Source: Eledone cirrhosa
Taxonomy: Eukaryota
Length of the DNA: 64,000 bases
Direction of reading: 5' to 3'
NCBI GenBank assembly: GCA_964016885.1
Contig: OZ024742.1
Coordinates: forward strand, 231,508,001-231,572,000
Shown: piece by piece, positions 52,434 to 64,000 of the stretch
Position numbering within the stretch: the stretch's first letter is position 1
How the letters are laid out: every line of letters starts with the position of its first letter
Made by a program: the position numbers and the translations under genes
The notes under the pieces: generated by a model
Told to the model about the DNA's origin: nothing
Seen by the model: the letters and a program-made list of their open reading frames with translations, nothing else
Databases searched by the model: none

Positions 52434-52720
52434 TGGAGGCACGTGGCCTAGTGGTAAGGGTGTTGGATTTACAATCATAATGTCATGGGTTGGATTCCTG
52501 GGTTGTGTGTTGTGTTCTTGAGCAAAAGACTTCATTTCATGTTGCTCCAGTATACTCAGCTGTAAATGAGTACCTGCAATAGCTGAGGGTTTAACCCTGT
52601 GATGGACTGGCGTCCTGTCCAGGAGCGAGTCTTGTACTCACAGTTGCTTCACGCCATGAAACCGAGATAAGCACTGGCCAAATAAGCCTTCTGTCTTAAG
52701 ACAGACTTTAGACTTAGACT
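52434..52720 (+). mobile_element. tRNA-SINE (CORE-like)
   Basis: TGGCCTAGTGG A box, GGTTGGATTCC B box, shared central domain, GACTTA-type tail. Confidence 0.75.
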
Positions 52721-53023
52721 TATGTTAATCACCAGAATCCACATTAGCAATATTTATCTACTATGTGTCCATGTTATGAGTGAACTTATACATCTTTATT
52801 TTTCACAGTATTCCAATGACTTATATCCCCTAATTCCAGGTCCTCAAGCACAGGTGGAAGGAAGCTATATTCAAATTGGAGACTTGGCCTCAATAGTTGC
52901 AAAGTGAGCGCCACTAAAGGTATTCAAGAACCAAGTCATCATAGCTGTCATCATCATCATCGTCATTTTGCATCTGCTTTACCATCTAAACCCATGCTAG
53001 CGTGGAAGATAGAAGTTAAATGG

Positions 53024-53058
<35 letters not shown>

Positions 53059-53445
53059 CATGCTTGCATGGGCTGGTTGGGTCTTTTCTAGTACAGCATT
53101 CCCCCACCCTTTTTGTTCCTTCATCATCTCCTCATGCTCACATAAGACGTTTTTGAAGCAGTTTATTTTTTCTATAGACAAATGCATATCCTATAGCCAA
53201 ACCATACTTTAAGTATGGTATATACTGATGACTTCTGTTGAACTGCAAGGGATGTATTATTTTACGTGGGACATAAAAAACGTCTACTGCTTGTTTTAGA
53301 CACACACATCCATATATTTTAATTAAAATATGTGTTTAAAATGCTATAGTATTTAAAATATTCAAATAGTAACTGAATGAACTGTGAAAAGTGATAACTG
53401 AAAAGTGGCAGTGGCTGAAGTTTAAGTCAAGTCACTTCATCTGGA

Positions 53446-53868
53446 TAATAATAATAATAATGAAATTATTGTGTACAGTGCTCAGGTGCACTACAACTCA
53501 TCAAAGGTGCATGTATAGTACATAGAATAATGTACAAATGTCAGGAAAATGAACAGTGTATGAGTCATGATATAATAATAACAACAATAATGAAATATTG
53601 TGTACAGTGCCCAGGTGCACCACAACTCATCAAAAAAGTGCATGTACAGTACATAGGGCAATGCACAAACATCAGTAAAATGAACAGTGCATGAATCATG
53701 ATACACACATGTGTACATGTGTATGGAAGGGGTACATCAGGTGTAGTTTTGGCGTATTTCGGGAAGCATGAGTGTCTTAAAGGCTGCAGTGTCTCGGCAG
53801 CTAACAATTGACGCAGGCAGTTTGTTCCATGCTTCAGCAACTCTGAGCGTGAAAAAATGTCTACGAAA
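53446..53868 (-). mobile_element. CR1/L2-type LINE 3' end with duplicated tail
   Basis: Homologous to 34350-34681; the 3' 120 bp is present twice. Confidence 0.75.
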
Positions 53869-53995
53869 GATATATATATATATAGATCATCATCATCATC
53901 GATTAACGTCTATCTTCCATGTTAGCATGGGTTAGACGGGTTTGTCCCATTTAAAGGCAAGTTGGGTTGGGAGACCGTGTCTCGCTCATATATAT

Positions 53996-54051
<56 letters not shown>

Positions 54052-54226
54052 CTTGCTAGCAGGCATTCAATAATGATGATGATGATTATATATATATATT
54101 CCTTGCTAGCAGGGTAAGCAGACATTCAATAATGATGATGATGATGATGATGATGATTATATATATATAATCATCATCATCATCATTGAATGTCTGCTTT
54201 CCCTGCTAGCAAGGAATATATATATA

Positions 54227-55097
54227 CAGGGTGCGGACGATATTTGTTCGCAAGATTACTATCTAGGAAAAAATAACAGTAGTTTTATTTTTTAAGATTT
54301 ATTTGTCTTCATGACTTGTTCTTTCGATCTCACTCAATAAACCCGCCATTTGCTTTGATGACGGCTTCAAGGCGGCTCCGGAACCGGCTACAGGCCTTCG
54401 TCACTGTCCTCCGACTTAGGCCCCTAAAGGCATTTGTGATCCTGGCCTTCAGATCGTCTTTCGTATTGCAGCTAGATCTGTTGGTGTCTCGTTCCACTGC
54501 GCCCCACACAAAGAAGTCGAGGGGGTTGCAGTCAGGCGAGCTGGGAGGCCAGATGTAAAGTGAAGTGTGGTCGACGAAGTTCTCTGACAGCCAGGCTTGG
54601 GTCTTTCAGCTGGTATGGCAGGGTGCTAAGTCTTGCTGCCACACGTACGGCCTACCTGCAGCTACCTGGTTGATCCAGGGCTTTACTACCTCGCTCAGAA
54701 CGCGGATGTAGCCATCGGTGTTCAGCTTGAGGCCCTCAGGGAAGAAGTGAGGTGGCATGACGTCACCTTGACGGCTGACAACACCTAAGACCAATGTTGT
54801 CGCCGGAAACTTTGTCTGCATGACTCTGGGCACGTCTTTGGATGAGACAGCGAGCCACCTGTTGTTCTGGGAGTTGATCTTCTGGTCTTATTTGTCCTTC
54901 CGGCACGGATTCCAAGAAGAACTCCGTGCCTCTTCCACAAATTTGGAGGTTCAAAATTATTCATAATCAATTATTCTGAAAATAAATAATGGAAATATAG
55001 TCACTGTTTTTATGAAGACAAGAGTGACAACGGAAGTAAAATAAATGTTCATAAAATTAGCAGTTGAAAATTGCGAACAAATATCGTCCCCACCCTG
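54227..55097 (-). mobile_element. Internally deleted Tc1/mariner of the DD37D (maT) family
   Basis: 27-bp TIRs CAGGGTG(C/G)GGACGATATTTGTTCGCAA, TA TSD; WQQD-(37 aa)-D in WPPSSPDCNPLD; one stop codon and an N-terminal deletion. Confidence 0.93.
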
Positions 55098-55109
55098 TAT
55101 ATATATATA

Positions 55110-55494
55110 TCATCATCATCATCATCATCATCATCCTTTTACGTCCGCTTTTCCCTGCTTGCAAGGGTAGGACGGAAACTGATTCTGGCTTGATTTCTAC
55201 AGCTGGATGCCCTTCCTAACACCAACCTCATTTACAGTGAGCGCTGAGTGCTTTTTTTTTTGTGGCACCTACACGTGTGGCTGGGTGCTTTTTTGCCGTG
55301 ACACCTCCACGACCACTTTGCAGTGGAATGATAGGGATCCCAGTCTCTATCATCTCATTTCTACAGCTGAGTAAACTGGAGCAATGTGAAATAAAATGTC
55401 TTGCTCAAGGAAACAACATATCACCCGGTCTGAGAATTGAACTCACAACCTTTCGATTGCAAGGCCAATACTCTAACCACTAAGCCATGTGCCT
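55110..55494 (-). mobile_element. tRNA-SINE family A
   Basis: Family match with (ATG)n tail and an internal duplication. Confidence 0.9.
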
Positions 55495-55696
55495 CTATTA
55501 TCAAATATAATATATATATATAATCATCATCATCATCATTATTATTGAATGCCTGTTTTCCCTGCTAGTAAGGAATATATATATATATATTTTATAGTTG
55601 AGACAGTAAACAAAAAACAACGTGGAAGCGAAGAGGCAGTACAAATGTTAATATTAGTTTCACGCTTGAGAGTGGGGGGTGGGGCCGACGTTTCGG

Positions 55697-55735
<39 letters not shown>

Positions 55736-56234
55736 ACAGTGTTCCTCAGTTTTCATCTATCAAATTCACTCACAAGGTACTGGTTAGCCTGAGACTATTG
55801 TAGGGGACACTTTCCCAACATGCCTCATAAGGGCATTAAACCCCAAACCACATGTTTGCAAAGCAAACTTCTTAACCACACAGCCATGCCATCACCTAAA
55901 AAGTAAGATCCAAGACCAACAATGTATTATCTACCACCATTTTGACAAAAAATTGAACTTTCATAAACCAGAAATCAAATGGGCCAGTATCATTGCCAAG
56001 CCTTGTTGAAATATCAGTTCTTAATTCAAGGACAAATTAATAAATAATCAAATACTTTCAGGTTGATAACATTAAATGGGATATATTCCTTCTAAGAATG
56101 TTAACAAATGCATACTCTCTTACTTCATGAGAGCTGATGTTTCAGCAAGTAACAAATGATCCCTACAAATAACATGTGTTAGCAGTACTCCAGTTGTCCT
56201 TGCGTACCCCAAGTTTAATCAGTATTAACAGAAC

Positions 56235-56715
56235 TCATCATCATCACCATTTAACGTCTATTTTCCATGCTTGCATGGGTTACACAGTTTGTCATATGCC
56301 GAGGCCAGCCAAGGCAAGTGAGCATGTCTAGCTCATACAATCCATTTTTTGTTTAGTTTTCTATGGCTGGATGCCAAACACAGATGTCGATAGTCAAGTT
56401 AGCCCTGCTAGTAATATATGTAAAAATATTGCACCCAGCCCACACTGTAAAGTGGTGATATAGGAGTCAGAACAAAAAGCACCCAGCCCACACTGTAAAG
56501 TGGTCATGTAGGAGTCACAAAAGAAAGCACCCAGCACACACTGTAAATATGGTTGGATTTAGGAAGGGCATCCAGCTGTAGAAATCTAGCCAGAAACAGT
56601 TCTGTATGAGCAGGACACAGTCACCTAACCCAACTTGCCTCAAATGGGACAACTCGTCTAAGCCATGCTAGCATGGAAAATGGACGTTAAACAATGATGA
56701 TGATGATGATGATGA
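56235..56715. mobile_element. Two opposed RTE-tail elements
   Basis: (CAT)n-led minus fragment 56235-56380 and plus fragment 56430-56715 ending in (ATG)n. Confidence 0.7.
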
Positions 56716-57572
56716 TTGCAGTATATTTAGGTATCACAAAACTCAGTGAATGTGGAAAGCTGTTTTCATTGATATGTGTACTAGACAACTGTTACACACA
56801 CATATGCAACCAACTATATCTACCACAGCTCATATAGAGTTGTTGTTTTTTTTATTTTGATGTTTTCTATTTTTAATACCATGGCTGACACCCTCCTTGA
56901 TCAGTACTGTGCATAAGGAAAGCAAATATTTGGAAAGAAACACTAGATTGTGAACTCAGTCTGAGATAGTTCATCATCATAATTTTATGTGTTTTTCCAT
57001 GCTAACAGGGGTTGAACAGGTCTTTTTAGCATAGCCTCCCACCTCTTATAGTGTTCTTTTGTCATCTCAGTATAGTTCAGCTTTTTACAAGTAGCTCCAA
57101 CCACCTCTATTGAGGTTTTTTCTTGGTCTTCTTCTACACACCGGCAAGTCCTGGCACTTCTTCACACAGCATTCATCATCCACATACATCATGTCCATAT
57201 CAGCGAAGCTTTATTTCTTACACTCTTATATATTTAAATCATGAAACATTCAGAATACAAAGCTATTTTTCACAAATTGATATATTACATGAGAAGTGAT
57301 ATGTACCTATATTACTTGTTCCCAATCTGAGGTTGGCAGATTTCTGGCAGTTTATGAGCTAAGTTCAAAATTTCAAGTACTTTATACAAAAAAAAAAAAA
57401 AAAGTATAATTTCATTTTTTGCTCTAACATTGTGGATACGTAAATGCATTTGTGAGTTTTATATCGAATAATAATAATACTTCATTTGTTTGCAAGCAAA
57501 CAGCATCATTAAGCTATGTATTATAGATAGCCATTGCCATCCTTTTGTTTTAGCAGTGACAGAGACAAACAA

Positions 57573-57842
57573 TCTGTATACTACTAAAACTCTGTGATTG
57601 CTTGCTTGTCTGTAATGTAATACAGTCAAAAGGACGCATAATGGGAAAATACTTTGAAAAGAAGTTGACCTTGAAATGCGAATACAAATGGAATAAAACA
57701 AGTTTTGCATAAATCGGACCACGGGTTCCCAAGATATGGGGTTTTTCCGGGTACCTTCATAAACAGAGAGAAAGAGATAGTGGTTGTGAGAGAGTAGATT
57801 GAAAAAGAGACATAGAGAGAGAGAGGAGACAGAGAAGCAGAA

Positions 57843-57898
<56 letters not shown>

Positions 57899-58149
57899 GG
57901 TGGTGTTGTGTATATATATATGTGTGTGTGTGTCTATGACCAGTGTATATAGATCACAAACACCCACATCTATATATATATACACACACATACATATATA
58001 TATATGTATATATATGGGCCTTCCAGTTTGATTTCACATTATATACATGTGTGTATATTTTAATTAATAAAAAATTATTTTTAAGTGAACATGGTTTTTT
58101 TAAAAATATTTTGAAGTGAACATGACCCAACGGATCACGGGTGGTCTAG
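57573..58149 (+). mobile_element. Non-autonomous Helitron (family H3)
   Basis: A|TCTGTATACTACTAAAA 5' end; ACCC...GGGT hairpin then CTAG|T. Confidence 0.7.
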
Positions 58150-58583
58150 TCGACAATAATATTGTTTCTGGGTTATTGCCCTTTGTCAAGATTGCGTATC
58201 TTTCTCTTGTCACTCACTAGTACTCTTGAGAATATATAGTATTCTCTTAAGTATACATCGGCTGATTAGACTAATTTGCATACTGAGCGGATTTACGGCT
58301 GGCTTTGTGAGAAATGTAACTCTAATTTTTTTATTTTCAGCAAAGCCAGCCATAAAATCGCTCAGTCACTTGGTAGTGAAAATCTTGGAAACCACTTATC
58401 TATATTACATATGATACTATGATCACAGTAGGTATACCTGGAAAAATAAGACAAATACAACATTGAGCTATTTGTTAAACAAAACATCAATCAACCAAAT
58501 AAGTATGAGCCAAAATATAACCCTATTAGCACACATCATTCAAACAAACATGCACCAAAATATTGTCTTATTAACTTCTGATT

Positions 58584-58865
58584 GTGAAGGCTTAGTGGTT
58601 AGCGTGTTTTGCTCACAATCCTAACATTGTGAGTTCGACTCTCGGTGATGCATTGTGTCCTTGAGCAAGAAGCTTTATTTCACGTTACTCCAGTCCACTC
58701 AGCTAGCAAAGATGAGTTTTACTTATAATTTAAAGGGCCAGTCTTGTCACAGATGGTGTTATGCCGAATCTCCCTGAAAACTACATGTCAGCCAATTACA
58801 TGAACGGGCAGTTCTGTTGATTGAATCAACTGGAGCACTTGCTGAAACAGCAGAGGTCCAATAAC
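58584..58865 (+). mobile_element. Older tRNA-SINE (family A relative)
   Basis: A and B boxes plus shared centre. Confidence 0.75.
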
Positions 58866-58899
58866 ATTAACATCCACACACACATATATATATATATTG

Positions 58900-59421
58900 A
58901 GTATATGTTGGTTGTTTATAGACACCTCAGTATGCAGGTTGGAGCACTCGACGAAGTACGCAGGTTGGTTTGTTTACTCCGGAGTAATGTAAAATAAGTA
59001 AGTCAAACATGTTAAATTTGGCTTCGTTTATTATAAATTCTCTGCTATATATATTTCAGTGACAGCTATTATTGGCTGTGACCTCATCAGGCAGTACGAA
59101 TTAATGTAGAAAGAACAGGTAAACATGGTGTTGAAATGTGTTCCACTCTGTCAATTCATCGATATGTCCAGCTCCTGGGTGTGTTGTTAGTCCTCCAAGG
59201 AACTGGAATCAGTACCTCGTAGGAGTAACAACACACCCAGGAGCTGGACATATCGATGAATTGACAGAGTGGAACACATTTCAACACCATGTTTACCTGT
59301 TCTTTCTACATTAATTCATACTGCCTGAAAAGGCACAGCCAATAATAGCTGTCACTGAAATATATATAGCAGAGAATTTATAATAAACGAAGCTAAATTT
59401 AACATGTTTGACTTACTTATT
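58900..59421. repeat. About 200-bp-arm fold-back element containing an HHR
   Basis: Arms 58993-59194 and 59221-59421, about 93-nt left tail, TA-flanked. Confidence 0.92.
59042..59094 (-). ncRNA. Type I hammerhead ribozyme
   Basis: CUGC-CUGAUGA-GGUCACAGC caauaaua GCUGUCACU-GAAAUAUAUAUA-GCAG; palindromic stem III. The mirror copy at 59321-59372 has the core mutated to CUGAAAA. Confidence 0.8.
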
Positions 59422-59442
59422 ATATATATATATATATATATA

Positions 59443-59981
59443 CCATTTATGCTAGCGTACAAGTCGACATTTGGAGCCTAAAAATATCTCTCCAAAACCA
59501 GGGGTCGACTTGTCTACCGAATATAAAATGTGAACCTTTACCACTGAGGGGTAAACAATGAAACTGCCTGCCTAACTTGCAGTAGCTCATAGGGCAGGTT
59601 ACTATAAGTTTGTTAATGTTAAGCAAGGCTGGTTTACTCAGTGAGTTAGAACTCATGACTGAAGTGTTTTAGCCTTTAGCGCACCACTAAATGTTTTGTA
59701 TCATTTCCCCTGCATGTTGTTTACTAATAAGACAGTTGAGTTAAATTATTTTGTTATCTTTAAAATAAATTGTATTCTCTTCACATGCATTTTTATTTTA
59801 CAACTATTTAGTGTTTATTTCCATGTTTTATATCTTGTGCAAATAAAGAGTGGCAAGCGCATCTAGGCCTGGGGAGATGGTACTGCCTTATTTTTTGGGG
59901 TCGTCTTATTAGGCGTATATAGGCCTAACCTGAATTACACCTCAGAATTTTAGTGATCGACCTATGCGCCGGCATATATGG
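59443..59981. mobile_element. pogo/Tc2-type MITE
   Basis: Ends TACCATTTATGC / GCATATATGG and subterminal GGGGTCGACTT-type repeats. Confidence 0.55.
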
Positions 59982-59987
59982 TGTATG

Positions 59988-60038
<51 letters not shown>

Positions 60039-60045
<7 letters not shown>

Positions 60046-60368
60046 AGAAAACGAAAAATCAGTGATGCATCTGAACTCAATTTATTGTGTGTTACAATTG
60101 TTTCCCCAGCGGACAGCTCGAGATGCGATCATTGTGTGGATCTGTCTGATTCTGGACCCGCAGGTTCGACGGGCACATCCAGAATCAGACAGATCCACAC
60201 AATGATCGCGTCTCGAGCTGTCCGCTGGGGAAACAATTGTAACACACAATAAATTGAGTTCAGATGCATCACTGATTTTTCGTTTTCTATTCTATCATAC
60301 CCTGCTCTGTAAGAGCATAGAGTGCTCAACTGACATACCGCCTATGGAAGCATCTTAGCTACCATCAG
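60039..60368. repeat. About 117-bp-arm near-perfect fold-back with tail
   Basis: Arms 60039-60156 and 60178-60295 (one mismatch seen), GAAACAAUUGUA HHR 3' half in the arm, 73-nt right tail. Confidence 0.93.
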
Positions 60369-60413
<45 letters not shown>

Positions 60414-60480
60414 GTAATAATAATAAATTTGAAGACTAAAATCCAAAGATTCTTTGCTTAAACTTTAATCCGTTATTTTA

Positions 60481-60517
<37 letters not shown>

Positions 60518-60588
60518 CTATATATATATATATATATATAGAAAGGATGAAAAGGACGATTGATTATTCCCTCATTGCATTTATTGAT

Positions 60589-60675
60589 AGGTGACGCGCG
60601 TTTCGCCACTGATCAGCTCAAGGTTCGATCTATATCGATCCTACCCGACTCAATAATCGGCAGCTCGACGGACCC
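60589..60675 (-). ncRNA. Hammerhead-like motif with divergent core and long stem II
   Basis: GGGU-CCGUCGA-GCUGCCGAUU...GAUCAGUGGC-GAAACGCGCGUC-ACCU; lies in a TA-flanked segment 60540-61020. Confidence 0.5.
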
Positions 60676-61018
60676 TCTTAAAATGCTATAAGAAAATGAA
60701 ATACATGCTATGTGGTAAAGTCAGAGTTTCAAGAGTTTGACAAAATGAGATGTTTTGATTGGTGAGAAGGATCAAGGCGATGTACTGGCCTATAGTGTAT
60801 ATGGGGGTGGGTGTGATGGTGAGATGCTGGTGACGGTCTGTGGATGAGGTGGGCTGTGGTGTGGTGGTGGTAGGTTGGCCTTGGCGTATAATCAATCCTC
60901 CTTTTTTATCCTTTCTATATTTTACACTCTGTATAGCTCTACACATCATCACAGAAGTGAACCTAAACATTGAGTGCTCACCCGGGTGAACCTGCAGTAA
61001 CTCCTAGTTACACCCACT

Positions 61019-61021
<3 letters not shown>

Positions 61022-61055
<34 letters not shown>

Positions 61056-61628
61056 GAGAAGAAAGAAGAATACTGCGTGGTTGCACATGGGTTACATATG
61101 ATAAAATTAGTCCCTCGTCAGTGATTTGCCAACCATCATTGATATTTCATCGCATTAAAAATCATATACCTCCAGTTGGTGCGAGCAATAACTAAAAAAA
61201 GCTATTGGGACAAGTAAATCGCGTAAAGCGAGTGGGACAAGTAAACAACATAGAAGGATAAAAGCAAACCGAAGATAGGAAAATAAACAAGCAGCATGGT
61301 TATCCGGTCAACATAAGCTGGATGGATTTCATGAGCGATCAAGATACAGACCATCCGACGTGAGTGAGATGTGAGCAAGAAAAGACCCCACTACTAGCCA
61401 AACGGGAGGAAGTGAGAAGGGGAGAAACAGAGAGTGAGTGAGTGGAAGTGCGAGGAAGAGGTCAGTCGAGAGAAAGTGTAACTGACAGAGGGGGCGAAAG
61501 AAGGTGAGAGAAACAGAGAGAACGGGGAAGCAGTAAGAGAGAAACAGACAAACGCAGCTGGGGAAAATATATATAAAAACATGAGAAGAAAGAAGAATAT
61601 TGCGTGGTTGCACATGGGTTACACATAT
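61022..61628. repeat. Element with about 55-bp direct terminal repeats
   Basis: TATAAAACATGAGAAGAAAGAAGAATA(C/T)TGCGTGGTTGCACATGGGTTACA at about 61045 and 61572; TA-flanked; direct-pLTR-like. Confidence 0.7.
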
Positions 61629-61640
61629 ATATATATATAT

Positions 61641-61947
61641 GTTTGTATATGTATAATAAAGCCAAAACAATGCAGGTATGGACATAGAATAAAGAATGCA
61701 AATGCAAAAGATATTGTTGACAATTAGTCTTTTACCTTAGATTTATTTAAATGTCCTTAATTTTCGAGATAATATCTCTTCTTTGGAGGGAAGTAAAGCG
61801 GTTAAACCAGTGTTCTAAATAGCTTGCCAAGTCAATGCATTTGCATTCTTTATTCTATGTCCATACCTGCATTGTTTTGGCTTTATTATACATATACAAA
61901 CGTTTATACCTCATTACATAATGCTTCAAGTGAACTATAACCTCCTC

Positions 61948-61951
<4 letters not shown>
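61641..61951. repeat. 66-bp perfect inverted termini, 129-bp spacer, 50-nt tail
   Basis: Arms 61641-61706 and 61836-61901; decayed HHR on minus strand at 61754-61790. Confidence 0.88.
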
Positions 61952-61987
<36 letters not shown>

Positions 61988-62237
61988 TATACAATGCATT
62001 CAGTGAATTCATACATTGATTGTAAAATAGCTGCCTTTGAATAAGGAGGAATTGAATAAGGAGGAATGATTAGCTTCGCAGCTTGATCCTAATGTTACAC
62101 ATCATATACAGTGACTAATAATAAAGATAAATTATTTTAATATATATTCTTTAGGCAGGGCAGAGAAAACATCAATAATTTTCCAAGCAGCAAACACTGA
62201 TTTCTCATGAGACTTGCACTTTTAAACCATTCCAAGC

Positions 62238-64000
62238 GTGCCCAGGGACGCCACATACCCCACCCTCAGGTACCCCCTATCCTCCACCCCTGAAGCCAGC
62301 GCCAAGCGTTTGCGTGACCAGGTAAATGCAAAGCTTATCATGGGTGATGTCTCGGCCGCAGTCAGAGGACACTGTCCTCCAACCCACCGAGGAGGTCCTG
62401 GCTGCTCTGTGGCTCAAACACCCTGAGCCACCCACTGATCTCAGACCCATACCCCCACCTGCTCCTTGTGGTTACTGATGCAGATATCATGGCCGCCATC
62501 AGGTCCTTCCCAGCTAGCAGCTGCAGAGGTGTTGATGGTCTCGACCAGGCCACCTCAAGGAGTTGACATCCCCCCTCTCCGCTGAGGCCGGGCGCCGCCT
62601 TCTGAGTTCAATTGTGACGCTTACCAATAGGCTCATTCATGGTTCCCTCAACCCTTACACCCGAGGCCTCTTTTTTTCGGCCAGCCTCACCGCTCTCAGG
62701 AAGAAAGAGGGTGGCATACGCCCCATTGCTGTGGGCAATGTCTTTTGGAGGCTGGCTGCCAAGGTGATCTGCAAGTCCGTCACACATGAACTGGGTGTTG
62801 GCGTGTCCGGTGGCTGTGAGGGAGCCGCTCATGCAATCAGGCAGTTCTTCAGCAGCTGCCCATCGGTACCGGCATCCACGGTCATACCCTCGGCTACTGG
62901 GGTCCAACAGGGCGACCCTTTGGGACCCCTCCTGTTCGCCCTTGGTATTGACCACATCACCCAACGTATCACGGCCCCTCTCAACGTTTGGTATCTGGAT
63001 GATGCTACGTTGGGCGGGCCCGTACGGACGGTCTGCCAAGACCTTCAATCGGTGATTCCTGCCCTGGTGGGAATCGGCCTCCAGGTCAACTCGGCCAAGT
63101 CGGAGGTGGTGAACGTCAGCCTCGATGCTGCGAGCTTTGCAGCCTCCGTCTTGGACATGCGGTCCATTCTCTGCCAGGTTCAGGTGACCCCCAAAGAGGA
63201 TGTCCTCATCCTCGGGTCACCAATCCACCTGCCGGCAATCCACTCCACCATCAGGTCCAGGCCTCAACAGCTCCAGATTCTCATGAACTGACTGGGCTTG
63301 ATTGACGGCCACCCAGCTCTCTTTCTGCTGAGGAACTGCTTCGCCATGCTGAAGTTCCTCTGTACAGTCCGCAGCACTCCATGCTACACTCAGACATCTC
63401 TCCTTGCTGACCTCGATACTTGTATCCGAGCAGCATCCGAGGGGATATACAACGTCAAGTTTGACGACATAGGGTGGCAACAGGCCACTTTACCGGTCAG
63501 GTATGGCAGCCTTGGCCTCCGGTCCCCGATCTCACTAGCTTTGCCGGCGTATCTTTCGTCGGTAACCTCGTTCCGCGTCCTCGTCAGCAGGGTTCTTCAA
63601 AACACAACAGAACCCTGTGTTCAGAGAACGAGAGGCCGCCTGTGAGACGTGGGATCGGCTGGGACTTAGACGTCCCTCCTCCTCCCCCTGTTGACGTCAA
63701 GTCCCCCCCAACGCACTTGGGATGCCATCCAGTGCAGCCTGGCCTCAGACAGGCTCACGCGCCAGCTTGTTTTCATGCGGCCTCCAAACCCAACAGTGGT
63801 GCCTGGCTCCATGCCCTGCCCTCCTTCTCCACTGGTACGCAGCTAGACAACCATAGCCTGCGAATCAGCGTTTCCCTGAGGCTCGGCCTCCGGATCAGCC
63901 AGCCACACCAATGTCGCTGTGGTTCCACAGTGCCGGCCGCATTCCACGCCATGCTGCCCTCAACGAGGTCATTAAGCAAGGCTTGGACGCTGCAGGCTTC
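62238..64000 (+). pseudogene. CRE-clade non-LTR retrotransposon, disrupted, runs off the window
   Basis: [67 protein letters not shown]; internal RT deletion; GC-rich against the host background. Confidence 0.85.

Noticed and set aside
61110-61160. CUGACGA and GAAAUAUC on the minus strand
   Set aside because: No consistent three-stem junction could be built.

Overview
AT-rich, repeat-dominated animal genomic DNA. The SINE/RTE/Penelope/Helitron mix is most consistent with a mollusc such as Octopus, but that is inference. No host gene could be firmly identified. The only host-like candidate is a 7.4-kb GT-rich minisatellite (7905-15335) that reads as a Thr/Ile/Pro mucin-type repeat on the minus strand. 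The rest is mobile DNA: one internally deleted Helitron (40597-45341, with 23-aa STPR-like repeats) and several non-autonomous Helitrons, several Penelope-like elements (PLEs; one Neptune-type, three Hydra-type, other remnants), an RTE LINE with a PHD finger, a CRE-clade LINE, hAT, maT (DD37D), piggyBac and pogo-type DNA elements, two tRNA-SINE families and long (TA)n tracts. The most striking hidden layer is RNA-level. About ten hammerhead-ribozyme (HHR) motifs with palindromic stem III can be read in PLE 3' ends, including U3-A8 and C4 core variants and very long stem II inserts. A recurring class of (TA)n-embedded fold-back elements (inverted 3' end plus a one-sided tail) often has its inversion junction inside or next to the ribozyme. 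All structures were read by eye; none was computed or tested.
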